The notes: generated by a model from the letters alone, not told the origin. 64,000 bases of DNA from Beijerinckiaceae bacterium (GCA_965246795.1 CBDFFN010000012.1:30742-94741); one strand, 5' to 3'; shown: positions 7,083 through 16,180, counted from the stretch's first letter. Made by a program: numbers and translations.

Positions 7083-9077
7083 TCACCGCGACCGGCAGCA
7101 GGCGACAAACTTCGAATTCGCCCAGCCGGTCTCACCGTTCTGCAGGCGCACGTTCATCCAGTCACCGTCTTGGCCAAGCCGCGTCAGTAGCGTGCCCGGC
7201 CCCATGCGGGTCGACGACCACTTGCTCGAATAGCTCGGCGCATTGCGCAGCGCGAGCCAGTTGTCGCCGCTCGGATCGAGGCCCGTCACATAGTAAAAGT
7301 TTCCGCCCGACGACGCTGGCGGCGTGTAAGCGGCGGCCTTAGGTACCGATCCGCCGGTGCTGCGACAGCATGCGATGAATTTCGCGTTCGCCCAGCCGGT
7401 CTCTCCGCTCTGCGTGCGGACATTCATCCAGTCGCCCTGCTGTCCGAGGCGGGTGAGCAGCGTGCCCGGCCCCATGCGCGTCGCCGACCACGCGCTCGAA
7501 TAACTCGGCGCATTGCGCAGCGCGAGCCAGTTGTCGCCGTTCGGATCAAGACCAGTCACGTAGTAATACGAGCCTGCGCTTGGTGACGGCTGTTGCGGCG
7601 GCACGTATGGGGCCGGCGTGGGCGTCTGCGGCGTGTAGGACGCCTGCGCGGGCGAACTGCCTGCGCGGCAACAGGCAAGAAATTTCGAATTCGCCCAGCC
7701 AGTTTCGCCGTTCTGCGTGCGAACGTTCATCCACTCGCCTTGCTCGCCGAGCTTCGTCAGCAGCGTGCCCGGTCCCATCCGCGTCGCAGACCACGAACTC
7801 GAGTAGCTCGGCGCGTTGCGCAGCGCGAGCCAGTTGTCGCCGTTCGGATCGAGGCCGGTGACATAGTAGAAATTCGCGACTGCCGGCTCCACCCGCGCTT
7901 GCGCCGGCAGGGTGGCCGCGCCGGACATGTCCTTGGCGACCATCGCCACCTTCAATTGTTGGCACTTGTCGGCATAGGCGCTGTCGCCATAGGCGGTCGC
8001 CATCACCTCGCATTTTGCCACCTTGTCGCGCTCGCTCGGCGCGCGCTGGATCTCGTCCCATAGACCCTCGGCCTGTTTACGCTGGATGAGCGCAATGATG
8101 GTTTCGCGCTTGAGATGATTCGGAAACTCGCGCAGCACACGCTGATAACCTTCGATCGTGTCGACGCGCACCGCCTCGCCGAAGGCGACAAGCGGGTCGG
8201 GTGCGGGCGGGGCAGCTTCACGCACGTCCACCGGCTTATCCGCCGGCTTCTTTTCGATGACGACTGGCTGATCCGGCACGACGGCGGCGATACCGTCCAT
8301 GAAACTGAAGCCCTGCGTCAGACTTGTCGTTTCCCAAGGCTGCTGCGTCTTTGTCTGCTCGATGACGCGCACGCGAACTTTCCGGAACACGGTCTCGGCC
8401 TCGCCCGGCTGCGACATCTCCGATGCGAGCGCCTCGGCATAGGGGCTGTTGGTACCGTTGCCGTCCTGCGCGACGTCGCCGGGCTTCGTCGAAAAGGCGA
8501 TGAGAAAGCCCGTGCGCTGGTTCTCCAATCCTAGCCCACGGCCACCCGCGCTGCGCTGCGTTGCCGGTAGGGGATTGTCGCGGCATGCATCGAGTACGAC
8601 GATCGCGACTTTTGGCCGAGCGCGGTCGAGCGTCTCGAGGATCGATTCGGAAGAAACCGCGCGCAGTGGCAGATCGCGCTGAGATCGCAGCGTCGCATCG
8701 ACGGGCACAAGGTAGTTCTTGAGCTGGTCGTCCTGCATGCCGTGACCGGCATAGTAGAAAAGGGCCTGTGTCTCCGGACCGGCCGCCTTGATGGCGTCGG
8801 TGAAGTCCTGCACGGCGCCGACAAAACTTTCGCGGTTCGCGTTTTCGACGAGCGTGACCTTGAACTGCGCGGCTTCCAGCTTGCTCTTGATGAGCTGGCC
8901 ATCGTTGACCGGGTTCTTCAGCACCGGCAGCGTCGTATATTGCGAATTTGCGACGATCAGCGCGAGGCGCTCGGCGGCGAGAGCTGGCCCGAGGCTCGGG
9001 AGCGAAAAAGCCAAGGCGGCGAACGCAAGCCGCAGCCTGCTAGATGCCGTCGCCGACAAACAAAGATACGCTTTCAT
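7083..9077 (-). CDS. Secreted caspase-family (peptidase C14) protease with three C-terminal SH3b repeats
   Basis: Sec signal peptide; caspase His-Cys dyad context (YYAGHG ... VVLDACRDNP); three roughly 75-aa repeats (YYVTGLDPNGDNWLALRNAPSYSS..MGPGTLLT..WMNV..GETGWANSKF.ACCR) typical of bacterial SH3; ATG at 9075-9077. Confidence 0.8.
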   Translation of the reverse strand: MKAYLCLSATASSRLRLAFAALAFSLPSLGPALAAERLALIVANSQYTTLPVLKNPVNDGQLIKSKLEAAQFKVTLVENANRESFVGAVQDFTDAIKAAGPETQALFYYAGHGMQDDQLKNYLVPVDATLRSQRDLPLRAVSSESILETLDRARPKVAIVVLDACRDNPLPATQRSAGGRGLGLENQRTGFLIAFSTKPGDVAQDGNGTNSPYAEALASEMSQPGEAETVFRKVRVRVIEQTKTQQPWETTSLTQGFSFMDGIAAVVPDQPVVIEKKPADKPVDVREAAPPAPDPLVAFGEAVRVDTIEGYQRVLREFPNHLKRETIIALIQRKQAEGLWDEIQRAPSERDKVAKCEVMATAYGDSAYADKCQQLKVAMVAKDMSGAATLPAQARVEPAVANFYYVTGLDPNGDNWLALRNAPSYSSSWSATRMGPGTLLTKLGEQGEWMNVRTQNGETGWANSKFLACCRAGSSPAQASYTPQTPTPAPYVPPQQPSPSAGSYYYVTGLDPNGDNWLALRNAPSYSSAWSATRMGPGTLLTRLGQQGDWMNVRTQSGETGWANAKFIACCRSTGGSVPKAAAYTPPASSGGNFYYVTGLDPSGDNWLALRNAPSYSSKWSSTRMGPGTLLTRLGQDGDWMNVRLQNGETGWANSKFVACCRSR
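7086..7920. repeat. Three tandem, in-frame DNA repeats of about 280-300 bp encoding the SH3b triplet
   Basis: Near-identical stretches such as GCCCAGCCGGTCTC..CGTGCCCGGCCCCATGCG..CAGTTGTCGCCG recur at about 7105, 7385 and 7685. Confidence 0.6.
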
Positions 9078-9124
9078 CGACGACTGCCCCCAGACCTGAA
9101 AATATTCGGGACGCTCGGAGCGAG

Positions 9125-11773
9125 TCAATGCGACGCGAGTGGCGCTCGCACGGGTGCGGCGACGCCGTAGTAGGCCGGTAGGGCCAAGAGATAAGCGACG
9201 CCGCCGACGAACAGCACGTAGCTCAAACCGAAAGTCGAGCCGACGATCGGCACGAGCGACGTTGCGATGACGGAAAAACATCCGTTCACGCCCCAGGCCC
9301 AAACAAACAGGCTGTCCTTGCCAAGCCGTGACAGAGTCGACATCGCGACCGGCATTGGGAAGCCCATGAGGAAGGCCGGCGGAAAGATCAGCGCAAGGCA
9401 AAGCGCCAGACGCTGCCAGTAAGGCAAAGCACCGATTGCATCGAGAATCGTATCGAGCACCAGGCCGTAGCCCGCGAGCAGCGCGAAGATGGCGATGAAG
9501 ATCACAGGCATGACGCGCCCGGCGACCGGCATGATGCGCTCCGACACGAGACTGCCGATGCCGGAGAAAACAAGCATGCCGGTGATGAGCACCGCCGTGG
9601 AAACGGATGGGTTGCTCAAAGCCAGCATGAATTTCGGCACGAAGCCGACTTCTGCCGTCATGTAGCCAAGGCCGATGCCGGCGAAATATAGCAGCACGCG
9701 CAGCTTGCCCGGCGTATGCGAAAAGATCGCGCGCCAGCCGAAGCAGACGGGGATCGCGATCAACAGCAGCGCCGAGGTGCAGGCGAGAGCGAATGTCGCC
9801 CACAGCAGAAGATAGCCCCACTCGTCCTGCAGAATTTCGAGATGATCGAGGGAGCCGGGCAGGTCGGCGGGCCGCACATAGGCGGCGAAATACGGCCGGT
9901 CGTTGGTCAGCGCGCGCACGTCGAACACGTAATTGTTCGCAAGCGCCGGCCAGCGGCCACCGAGCAACGCGCTCCACGCTGCACGTGCGACCTTCACCGG
10001 CGGAAGCGCCTGCGCCTCGCCCTCGGGCGCGTCGGGCTTGTCGGCGGTGGGCGCGGCATCCGTGGCTTTCGCGAGCTCGTCCGGGACGTCGCGCGCTTCG
10101 AACTGCGCCTTGAGATCAGAGAGGACGCCACCGATGTCCTTGTCGGCATCGAGCACATTTCCCGGCGCGTAAATCTCGTCGAAGGACATGGCCTTCGTGT
10201 GCGCACGCAGGCGCTCGATATCTTCGGTTGTGAAGCCGCCGCGCTTGTAAAGCACCGTCGTCGTCGAAAGGTAGCTCGACGCGACGAAGAACGACTGGTC
10301 GCGCTTAGCGCCGCCGAGCGTGCGCGCCGCCTCCGCTATCGTCGCGTAGAGTTTCAAGATCGACTTCGGCGGCTCTTCCTTGTTCCACAAAGTGACCGAT
10401 AGGATACCGCCGTCGGCGAGCGCGCGCATGTACGCGGCCATCGCTTCGCGCGTGTAGGCGAATTTCTCGACGACCGCGAAGCCGCCCGGATTGGACAGGC
10501 CGGCGGAATCCGCAAGGCTGAGGTCGATGACGTCGTAGCGCTCGCTTGTGCTCTTGAGGAAGATGCGCCCGTCGTAGGGAATGACGCCAAGGCCCGGTCG
10601 CGAAAGGATATCGCCCGTGAAGCGGCGCAGGCCGGGATCCGACCTGAAGGCGTCAAGGACGGCAGGGTTGCTCTCCGCGACAGTCACCGCGCCGCCGCCG
10701 TACAACGCGACATTCGTCGAGAGACCGCCGCCGAACTGGACGACGAACGTCTTCGGCTTCGCCTTCAGAACATAGGGATAGAACATCGGCAGGAAGCGAT
10801 AGTAGTCCGCCTGTCCGCCGGTCAGCGTCTTGATGACGGCGCTCGGCCCTTCGCCGTCAACGTAGAGCCCGAGATACGCGTCCTTCGGAAAGTCCGCGAG
10901 ATTGAACGCCGCATTGTCCGAGAGCCCCGGTGCGAAATGCAGGTACGAGCTCGTGTAGACGTCGACCTGCCCGAACGGCGATGACGCGGTGTAAACGCGC
11001 GCCGCATCGGGGAACTTCTGAACGTAGGCGATGCCCTTGTAGTCGGACACTGCGAGCTTACTGAGCCCGAGCAGGTTCGGCAGCACGAGATAGGCTGCAA
11101 TGGAGATCGCCGCCGCAGCAAGCGTGGCGACGATGCCGCTGCGTTGGCCGACGGCGACGAACCACAGAATGCCACCGAGCGTCCAAATCAGGATCGGGAA
11201 TAGTAGAATGTCGGTTGGTGGAAAGACGAAAGCGGCGAGCATCGTCGCAAGCCCGCACACGCCCGAGCCGGTGAGATCGGCGAAATAGACGCGGCCGAAA
11301 ACCCGTTCGGCTTTGAGGAATACGATGCCGATGAAGAACGCGCCAGCAAGGAACGGCAGCAGATAAAGGAAGAAGTTACCCGCGAGCTTCCATCGCTGCG
11401 CCGAGTCCGAGATCAGGAAGATCGCGTTGAACGGGATGCGCTGCGCGGCGAGATGGCTGAGCGTGATCAGCGGCCCGATGAGCAGTAGCGAGAAAGCCGC
11501 AGCACTGCGCCAGTGGCGGGAGAACCAGCCCGTCGCGACGCACATGACCGCGCTCGCGAGCCCGAAGCCGAGCATTGCAAGGCTGAGCACGAAGGAGCCG
11601 AAATGCGCCCAGCTCCCGACGGAGAAGACGCGCATGATCCCGATCTGCAGGGCGATCAGCGCCCCGGCGACGAGCGCGACACCGAGATAGAGCGCAGGCG
11701 ACGCCGGCATTGCACGCGAGGCTGGCAGAGCAGCGTCGGGCACGGCGGCTCCCGCGCCGACCGAAGACGTCAC
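9125..11773 (-). CDS. Polytopic membrane protein fused to a spermidine/spermine synthase-like domain
   Basis: N- and C-terminal transmembrane helix bundles flank a soluble domain with a degenerate aminopropyltransferase-like Rossmann core (VVQFGGGLSTN ... YDVIDLSLADSAG); GTG start overlaps the stop of the upstream gene. Confidence 0.7.
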   Translation of the reverse strand: MTSSVGAGAAVPDAALPASRAMPASPALYLGVALVAGALIALQIGIMRVFSVGSWAHFGSFVLSLAMLGFGLASAVMCVATGWFSRHWRSAAAFSLLLIGPLITLSHLAAQRIPFNAIFLISDSAQRWKLAGNFFLYLLPFLAGAFFIGIVFLKAERVFGRVYFADLTGSGVCGLATMLAAFVFPPTDILLFPILIWTLGGILWFVAVGQRSGIVATLAAAAISIAAYLVLPNLLGLSKLAVSDYKGIAYVQKFPDAARVYTASSPFGQVDVYTSSYLHFAPGLSDNAAFNLADFPKDAYLGLYVDGEGPSAVIKTLTGGQADYYRFLPMFYPYVLKAKPKTFVVQFGGGLSTNVALYGGGAVTVAESNPAVLDAFRSDPGLRRFTGDILSRPGLGVIPYDGRIFLKSTSERYDVIDLSLADSAGLSNPGGFAVVEKFAYTREAMAAYMRALADGGILSVTLWNKEEPPKSILKLYATIAEAARTLGGAKRDQSFFVASSYLSTTTVLYKRGGFTTEDIERLRAHTKAMSFDEIYAPGNVLDADKDIGGVLSDLKAQFEARDVPDELAKATDAAPTADKPDAPEGEAQALPPVKVARAAWSALLGGRWPALANNYVFDVRALTNDRPYFAAYVRPADLPGSLDHLEILQDEWGYLLLWATFALACTSALLLIAIPVCFGWRAIFSHTPGKLRVLLYFAGIGLGYMTAEVGFVPKFMLALSNPSVSTAVLITGMLVFSGIGSLVSERIMPVAGRVMPVIFIAIFALLAGYGLVLDTILDAIGALPYWQRLALCLALIFPPAFLMGFPMPVAMSTLSRLGKDSLFVWAWGVNGCFSVIATSLVPIVGSTFGLSYVLFVGGVAYLLALPAYYGVAAPVRAPLASH

Positions 11774-12645
11774 TTGTTGTGCGTGCCGGCGATCTTGTCA
11801 CCATCCAACTTCGTGAAGGGGACGAAGGGGACGATCTTGCCGCTGAAAATATCGGAGCGCGCGACGCTGACGGCGCCGGCCGCATCCTGCGTCTTCGTCA
11901 CCTTCAGCACGTGCTGCGCGCCGGGTGGCCCGATCGGAATGACCATGATGCCGCCGGTCTTCAGCTGTTGCAGCAGTGGCGGCGGGATATGGTCGATGCC
12001 GCAGGTTACTATGATCTTGTCGAACGGCCCGGCGTCTTCCCAGCCGTAATAGCCATCGGCATTCTTCGAGTTGATCGACTTGAACTCGGTGTAACCCTTT
12101 GCGATCAGCGCGTCGTAGATGCCGCGCGTTCGCTCGGCCAGCGGCTTCACGATCTCGACCGTCCACACCTTGTCCGTGAGATTCGCGAGATAGGCGGACT
12201 GATAACCGGAGCCGGTGCCGATCTCGAGCACCTTGTCGCCGAGCTTCACGTCGATGACGCTGGTCATGCGGCCAACGAGATGTGGTCCGGAAATCGTCAC
12301 GCCGTAACCGATGTCGAGAAACGCATGGTCGTAGGCGCGGCCGAGATTCTGCGGCAGCACGAACTCTTCGCGTGGCGTCATGAGGAACGCGCGCTTGTTG
12401 CGGTCGTCCGACAGGTCTTTGTTTGCGAGCAGGACTTGGTAGCGATCCCAGCGCTCCGTCAGCATTTTCGGCGCTTCACCGCGCTGCGTCTGCATGTACG
12501 ACACGAAAGCATCGCGCGACGTCTTCGGCGGCCCGACATTGAAATCGTAGGCCTGCGTGATGGCGGCAAAGGCGCGATCGGAAAGTGCCGCCGTCGCGGC
12601 GAGAGACGCGAGAAGCGCGCGGCGATTCATGGGCAGGCGGTGCAT
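11770..12645 (-). CDS. pcm: Protein-L-isoaspartate O-methyltransferase (PCMT) family protein with a twin-arginine signal peptide
   Basis: SAM motif I VLEIGTGSGYQSAYLA; PCMT-like length and core; N-terminal MNRRALLASLAATAALS Tat motif; 4-nt overlap with the downstream gene. Confidence 0.8.
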   Translation of the reverse strand: MHRLPMNRRALLASLAATAALSDRAFAAITQAYDFNVGPPKTSRDAFVSYMQTQRGEAPKMLTERWDRYQVLLANKDLSDDRNKRAFLMTPREEFVLPQNLGRAYDHAFLDIGYGVTISGPHLVGRMTSVIDVKLGDKVLEIGTGSGYQSAYLANLTDKVWTVEIVKPLAERTRGIYDALIAKGYTEFKSINSKNADGYYGWEDAGPFDKIIVTCGIDHIPPPLLQQLKTGGIMVIPIGPPGAQHVLKVTKTQDAAGAVSVARSDIFSGKIVPFVPFTKLDGDKIAGTHNK

Positions 12646-12831
12646 CGAGGGAACGTTTCCGGCGGTGACATGTAAAGCTTGACTGTTGCCAGTGATGTCA
12701 TTTCGCGCCGGCGTTTACAACGCCGCAAACCGGTAATGCACGATTTGTCGTTGTTTGCGTGCAGGCGCGCAACATTCATGCGCGGTTCAACGCAGGTTTG
12801 CTCTTATCGCAGCCGACCGGAGGAGGTCGTG

Positions 12832-13053
12832 ATGCGTGCACTCATTGCTGGAACTGCCTTGCTGATGTTGGCCGGCGTCGCCAATGCGAACCCCTGGGGA
12901 TGGGGTGGGGGACCGGGCTACGGTTTCGGCCCACCGCCGCCGCGGCCCGTGTTCGATCGCGGCTACGGGCATGGTTGGGGTGGTCCACCGCGCCGCTGCT
13001 GGTGGGTCGATGGCTTCTACGGACCGCGCAAGGTCTGCCGCGGCGGCTGGTAA
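12832..13053 (+). CDS. Small secreted Gly/Pro/Trp-rich protein
   Basis: GGAGGAGG RBS 6 nt upstream of ATG; signal peptide MRALIAGTALLMLAGVANA; GWGGGPGYGFGPPPP repeats. Confidence 0.45.
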   Translation: MRALIAGTALLMLAGVANANPWGWGGGPGYGFGPPPPRPVFDRGYGHGWGGPPRRCWWVDGFYGPRKVCRGGW

Positions 13054-13084
13054 GTTCGGGGGGCGGCGCGCAAAAACGCGCCGT

Positions 13085-14254
13085 TCACTCCGACAGAGCG
13101 ATGAAGTTGGTGCCTTCCCAGGCTTCGCGACCGCGTGCACCGTCATCCGAAAGGATCAGGGTTGCACCCGGCGTTAGCAGCGAGGCGAGAAGGGCAGCCG
13201 TTCCCGGCGCGAGATGCAGCCGCGCCAGCGCTTCCCACGACGTCGACGGTGCGAGCGGAGCGCTCGGCACGTCGCGCATACGTCGCGAGCGCGTCGCATT
13301 GTCGAGGATGCTCGCCTCGAGGATCGGTGCGTTGAGCGTGACCGCCGACCAATTCTTCGCGGCATCGGCGCCGGCCATGAACAGATGCGTGCCGAGCGGC
13401 CGCGCCGGATCGTCGATCGCGATCGGCACGGTCATCAGCGGTTTGCCGGCGCGGCGGACGAAAAGCTTTCCCGCTTTGCGGCTGACAAGGATGCTGACGG
13501 GCGATTGCGCGCCAAATGCTTTCTCTGCATTGGCCACGCCGCGCGGAGGCGCGGACACTTCAATGTCGTCCGGCAGTGCCGCCGCATCGGGATCGTGCTG
13601 CGTAGGCGGCGCAGCGAAGAGAGCCGGCAGACCCGCGGGCGCCGGCGACACGTCATCGCGCGCGATGATCACACGCGCACCGTTGCGGGTGTAGCGAAAG
13701 AGATCGGTGGCGAAGGCGCGGGGCAGGCGAATGCAGCCATGCGAAGCGGGTCGGCCGGTGACGTGACCTTCGTGCAGCGCCACGCCGGACCATGTGATGC
13801 GCTGCATGTAGGGCATCGGCGCGGCGCTGTAGAGATTGGACTCGTGGTAACGCTGCTTCTCGATGATGCTGAAAATCCCGTGCGGCGTCGGATGATCAGC
13901 GACGCCGGTCGAGACACTCGTCTGCGCGACCGGCATCCCGTCATCGAAAACGGTCAGCGTCTGATGGTTGGTCGAGACGACGAGTATCACCCGGCCGGTC
14001 GAGGTCGCCGGCAGCAACGACGGACGCGCACGGGCTTCGCGATCCTCACGCGCAAGGCGACGCACGCGATCTTCCACACTGGCGCGCGGGCGCCTGACAA
14101 CGGGTCGCTCGATCGTTGCCGTCGGCGTCGGGTCACGGAAAAGATTGAACGGCCATTGCGCCGCGGCCGGCGTCGGAGCGACGCTCGCCGAGGTGGCGAC
14201 GGTGAGGGCAAGCCAGGTCACACGTGCGTGGAAGTTGCGCGCGCTTCGGTTCAC
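13085..14254 (-). CDS. L,D-transpeptidase (YkuD domain) with an extra C-terminal domain
   Basis: Signal peptide; YkuD catalytic motif HPTPHG...SHGCIRLP. Confidence 0.75.
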   Translation of the reverse strand: MNRSARNFHARVTWLALTVATSASVAPTPAAAQWPFNLFRDPTPTATIERPVVRRPRASVEDRVRRLAREDREARARPSLLPATSTGRVILVVSTNHQTLTVFDDGMPVAQTSVSTGVADHPTPHGIFSIIEKQRYHESNLYSAAPMPYMQRITWSGVALHEGHVTGRPASHGCIRLPRAFATDLFRYTRNGARVIIARDDVSPAPAGLPALFAAPPTQHDPDAAALPDDIEVSAPPRGVANAEKAFGAQSPVSILVSRKAGKLFVRRAGKPLMTVPIAIDDPARPLGTHLFMAGADAAKNWSAVTLNAPILEASILDNATRSRRMRDVPSAPLAPSTSWEALARLHLAPGTAALLASLLTPGATLILSDDGARGREAWEGTNFIALSE

Positions 14255-14442
14255 CGTCCCCGCCCCTCGTAGATCGGCAAATCGCCGTCACCGGCTTTTA
14301 CGCAGATTCTGGTAAATCGTCCGGCAATGCTGCAGGCAAAAGCAACAAAGTTGATGCCTGTGTTTTCTCCGCAGCGGTAGGGTCGCGCGGCGCGACCCCG
14401 CGTCGTTGCCGCGGTCGTCGCGGGCATCGCATGGAGGCCGGC

Positions 14443-14877
14443 ATGTCTTGGTCGAAGAAGTTTTCCGCTGTCGCGGACAGGGTTTCGGTCCTTGCCGGCC
14501 GGCCGCTGACATTCATGACGATGATCGCCCTGATCGTCGTGTGGGCAATCACCGGACCGATCTTCGGCTATTCGGATGCGTGGCAGTTGGTCATTAACAC
14601 GGGCACCACGATCATCACCTTCCTGATGGTGTTCTTGATCCAGAACACCCAGAACCGCGACGGTGCCGCCATCCAGGCAAAGCTTGACGAACTCATTCGC
14701 GCCAGCGCCGCGCATAACCGCTTCATCGGCATTGAAAAATTGTCGGACGAGGAACTCGACAAGCTGCGCGAAAAGGATTCCGCGAATGCGGATCGCATCG
14801 CCGCTGCGCTCGATGCGGCGGAGGCTGCCGAGGACAGCGCGCAGGATAAGGCGGACAAAGCCGAACGGGCGGCTTAA
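14443..14877 (+). CDS. Low-affinity iron permease family small membrane protein
   Basis: Core GRPLTFMTMIALIVVWAITGPIFGYSDAWQLVINTGTTIITFLMVFLIQNTQNRD matches the family as I recall it; acidic coiled C-terminus. Confidence 0.55.
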   Translation: MSWSKKFSAVADRVSVLAGRPLTFMTMIALIVVWAITGPIFGYSDAWQLVINTGTTIITFLMVFLIQNTQNRDGAAIQAKLDELIRASAAHNRFIGIEKLSDEELDKLREKDSANADRIAAALDAAEAAEDSAQDKADKAERAA

Positions 14878-14882
14878 AGTAT

Positions 14883-14959
14883 TGGCGCGCCTCGCAGGAC
14901 TCGAACCTGCAACCTTCGGGTTCGAAGCCCGACACTCTATCCGATTGAGCTAGAGGCGC
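14883..14959 (-). tRNA. tRNA-Arg, anticodon read as TCG
   Basis: Reverse complement gives GCGCCTC-TA-GCTCAATCGGATAGAGT-G-TCGGG-CTTCGAA-CCCGA-AGGTT-GCAGGTTCGAGTCCTGC-GAGGCGC-G-CCA; Arg-like D-loop with A20. Confidence 0.8.
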
Positions 14960-14998
14960 GTCGCAACAGACATAGCGACTTGAAGGCGATACGGAAAG

Positions 14999-16180
14999 TC
15001 AGGCGTCCGCTGCGCGCAGGCGCGCAAACCCACGATCGAGGTCGGCGATGAGATCGTCCGTATCCTCGAGGCCGATCGAGAAGCGCAGCGCTGGCCCTTC
15101 CGGCTTCCATTCCGTCGCCGACCGATAAGAGGCGCAATCGAAGGGGATGACGAGGCTCTCGAATCCGCCCCAGGAATAACCGAGCCCGAAGAGTTCGAGA
15201 CCGTCAAGCATCGCCGCGACGGCCTTCTTGGATGCTGGCTTCAGAATGACTGAAAACAGGCCGGACGCGCCGGAGAAATCGCGTTGCCAGATCGCGTGAC
15301 CGAGATGGTCGGGTAGGCCGGGGTGCAGCACGCGCGACACTTCCGGACGTCCTACGAGATAATTTGCCAGCGCGAAGCCCTGGCGCTGCGCCTCGCGCAG
15401 ACGAAGCTCCATCGTTCGCAGGCCGCGAAGCCCGAGAAACACATCCTCCGCGCCGGCGGTCATCGCAAAGCTGTCGAACGTGTCGCGCAGCTTTGGCCAC
15501 CACTCGGCATTTGCCGACACCATGCCGAGCAGCAGGTCGGAGTGACCGGACAAATATTTCGTGCCGGCCTCCACCGCCATATCGACACCGCGCTCGTGCG
15601 GCGGGAAGAAAAGCGGCGTCGCCCACGTATTGTCCATGATGACGCAGGCGCCGCGATCGCGCGCCACCGACGCGATGGCCGGAATGTCCTGCATCTCGAA
15701 GCTTTGCGAACCCGGCGCCTCGACGAAGACGACACTTGTGTTCGGCCGCATCAACGCGGCGATGCCGTCGCCAATCAGCGGATCGAAATAGGTCGTCTCG
15801 ACCCCGAAGCGCTTCATGATCGTGTCGGCGAAATGCCGCGTCGGCCGGTACACGCTATCGGTGATCAGCACATGGTCGCCGGCCTTCACAGCCGTCATCA
15901 GCGCGACCGTGATGGCTGCAAGCCCGGACGGCGCGAGCACTGTGCCCGCCGCGCCAGAGATCTCGGTCCAAGCGATCTCGAGCGCATCCGTCGTCGGCGT
16001 GCCCTTCGTGCCATAGACGTAGCGCTGCGTCCGCGCATAGAGCGCCTCGGTGTCGGGGTAGAGCACCGTCGAGCCGCGATAGGTCGGCGTGTTTACGAAG
16101 CCGAACTGCTCGAACGGCTTCCGCCCGGCGTGAACGAGTTTCGTGCGTGTTTTGCGGGGTGTGTCGGAGGAGTCGCTCAT
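14999..16180 (-). CDS. metC: Cystathionine beta-lyase
   Basis: PLP-dependent Cys/Met-metabolism family; TKYLSGHSD lysine motif; metC-like length and N-terminus. Confidence 0.8.
   Translation of the reverse strand: MSDSSDTPRKTRTKLVHAGRKPFEQFGFVNTPTYRGSTVLYPDTEALYARTQRYVYGTKGTPTTDALEIAWTEISGAAGTVLAPSGLAAITVALMTAVKAGDHVLITDSVYRPTRHFADTIMKRFGVETTYFDPLIGDGIAALMRPNTSVVFVEAPGSQSFEMQDIPAIASVARDRGACVIMDNTWATPLFFPPHERGVDMAVEAGTKYLSGHSDLLLGMVSANAEWWPKLRDTFDSFAMTAGAEDVFLGLRGLRTMELRLREAQRQGFALANYLVGRPEVSRVLHPGLPDHLGHAIWQRDFSGASGLFSVILKPASKKAVAAMLDGLELFGLGYSWGGFESLVIPFDCASYRSATEWKPEGPALRFSIGLEDTDDLIADLDRGFARLRAADA

Noticed and set aside
7083-9977. Upstream 300-codon extension of the caspase ORF in the six-frame track
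   Set aside because: The extension is Arg-rich junk and overlaps the 3' end of the upstream gene. A canonical signal peptide begins at the internal ATG at 9077.
12786-12800. Imperfect LexA-like site GTTCAACGCAGGTTT upstream of the small Gly-rich gene
   Set aside because: The second half-site mismatches (GTTT), so it is too weak to call without genome-wide scoring.
12759-14272. Long plus-strand ORFs (311 and 352 aa) overlapping the L,D-transpeptidase gene
   Set aside because: Antisense frames with Arg-rich junk composition; the minus-strand gene has clear catalytic motifs.
3489-14959. Classifying the tRNA-bracketed block as an integrative element
   Set aside because: No integrase, excisionase or visible att repeats; treated only as a hypothesis in the findings.
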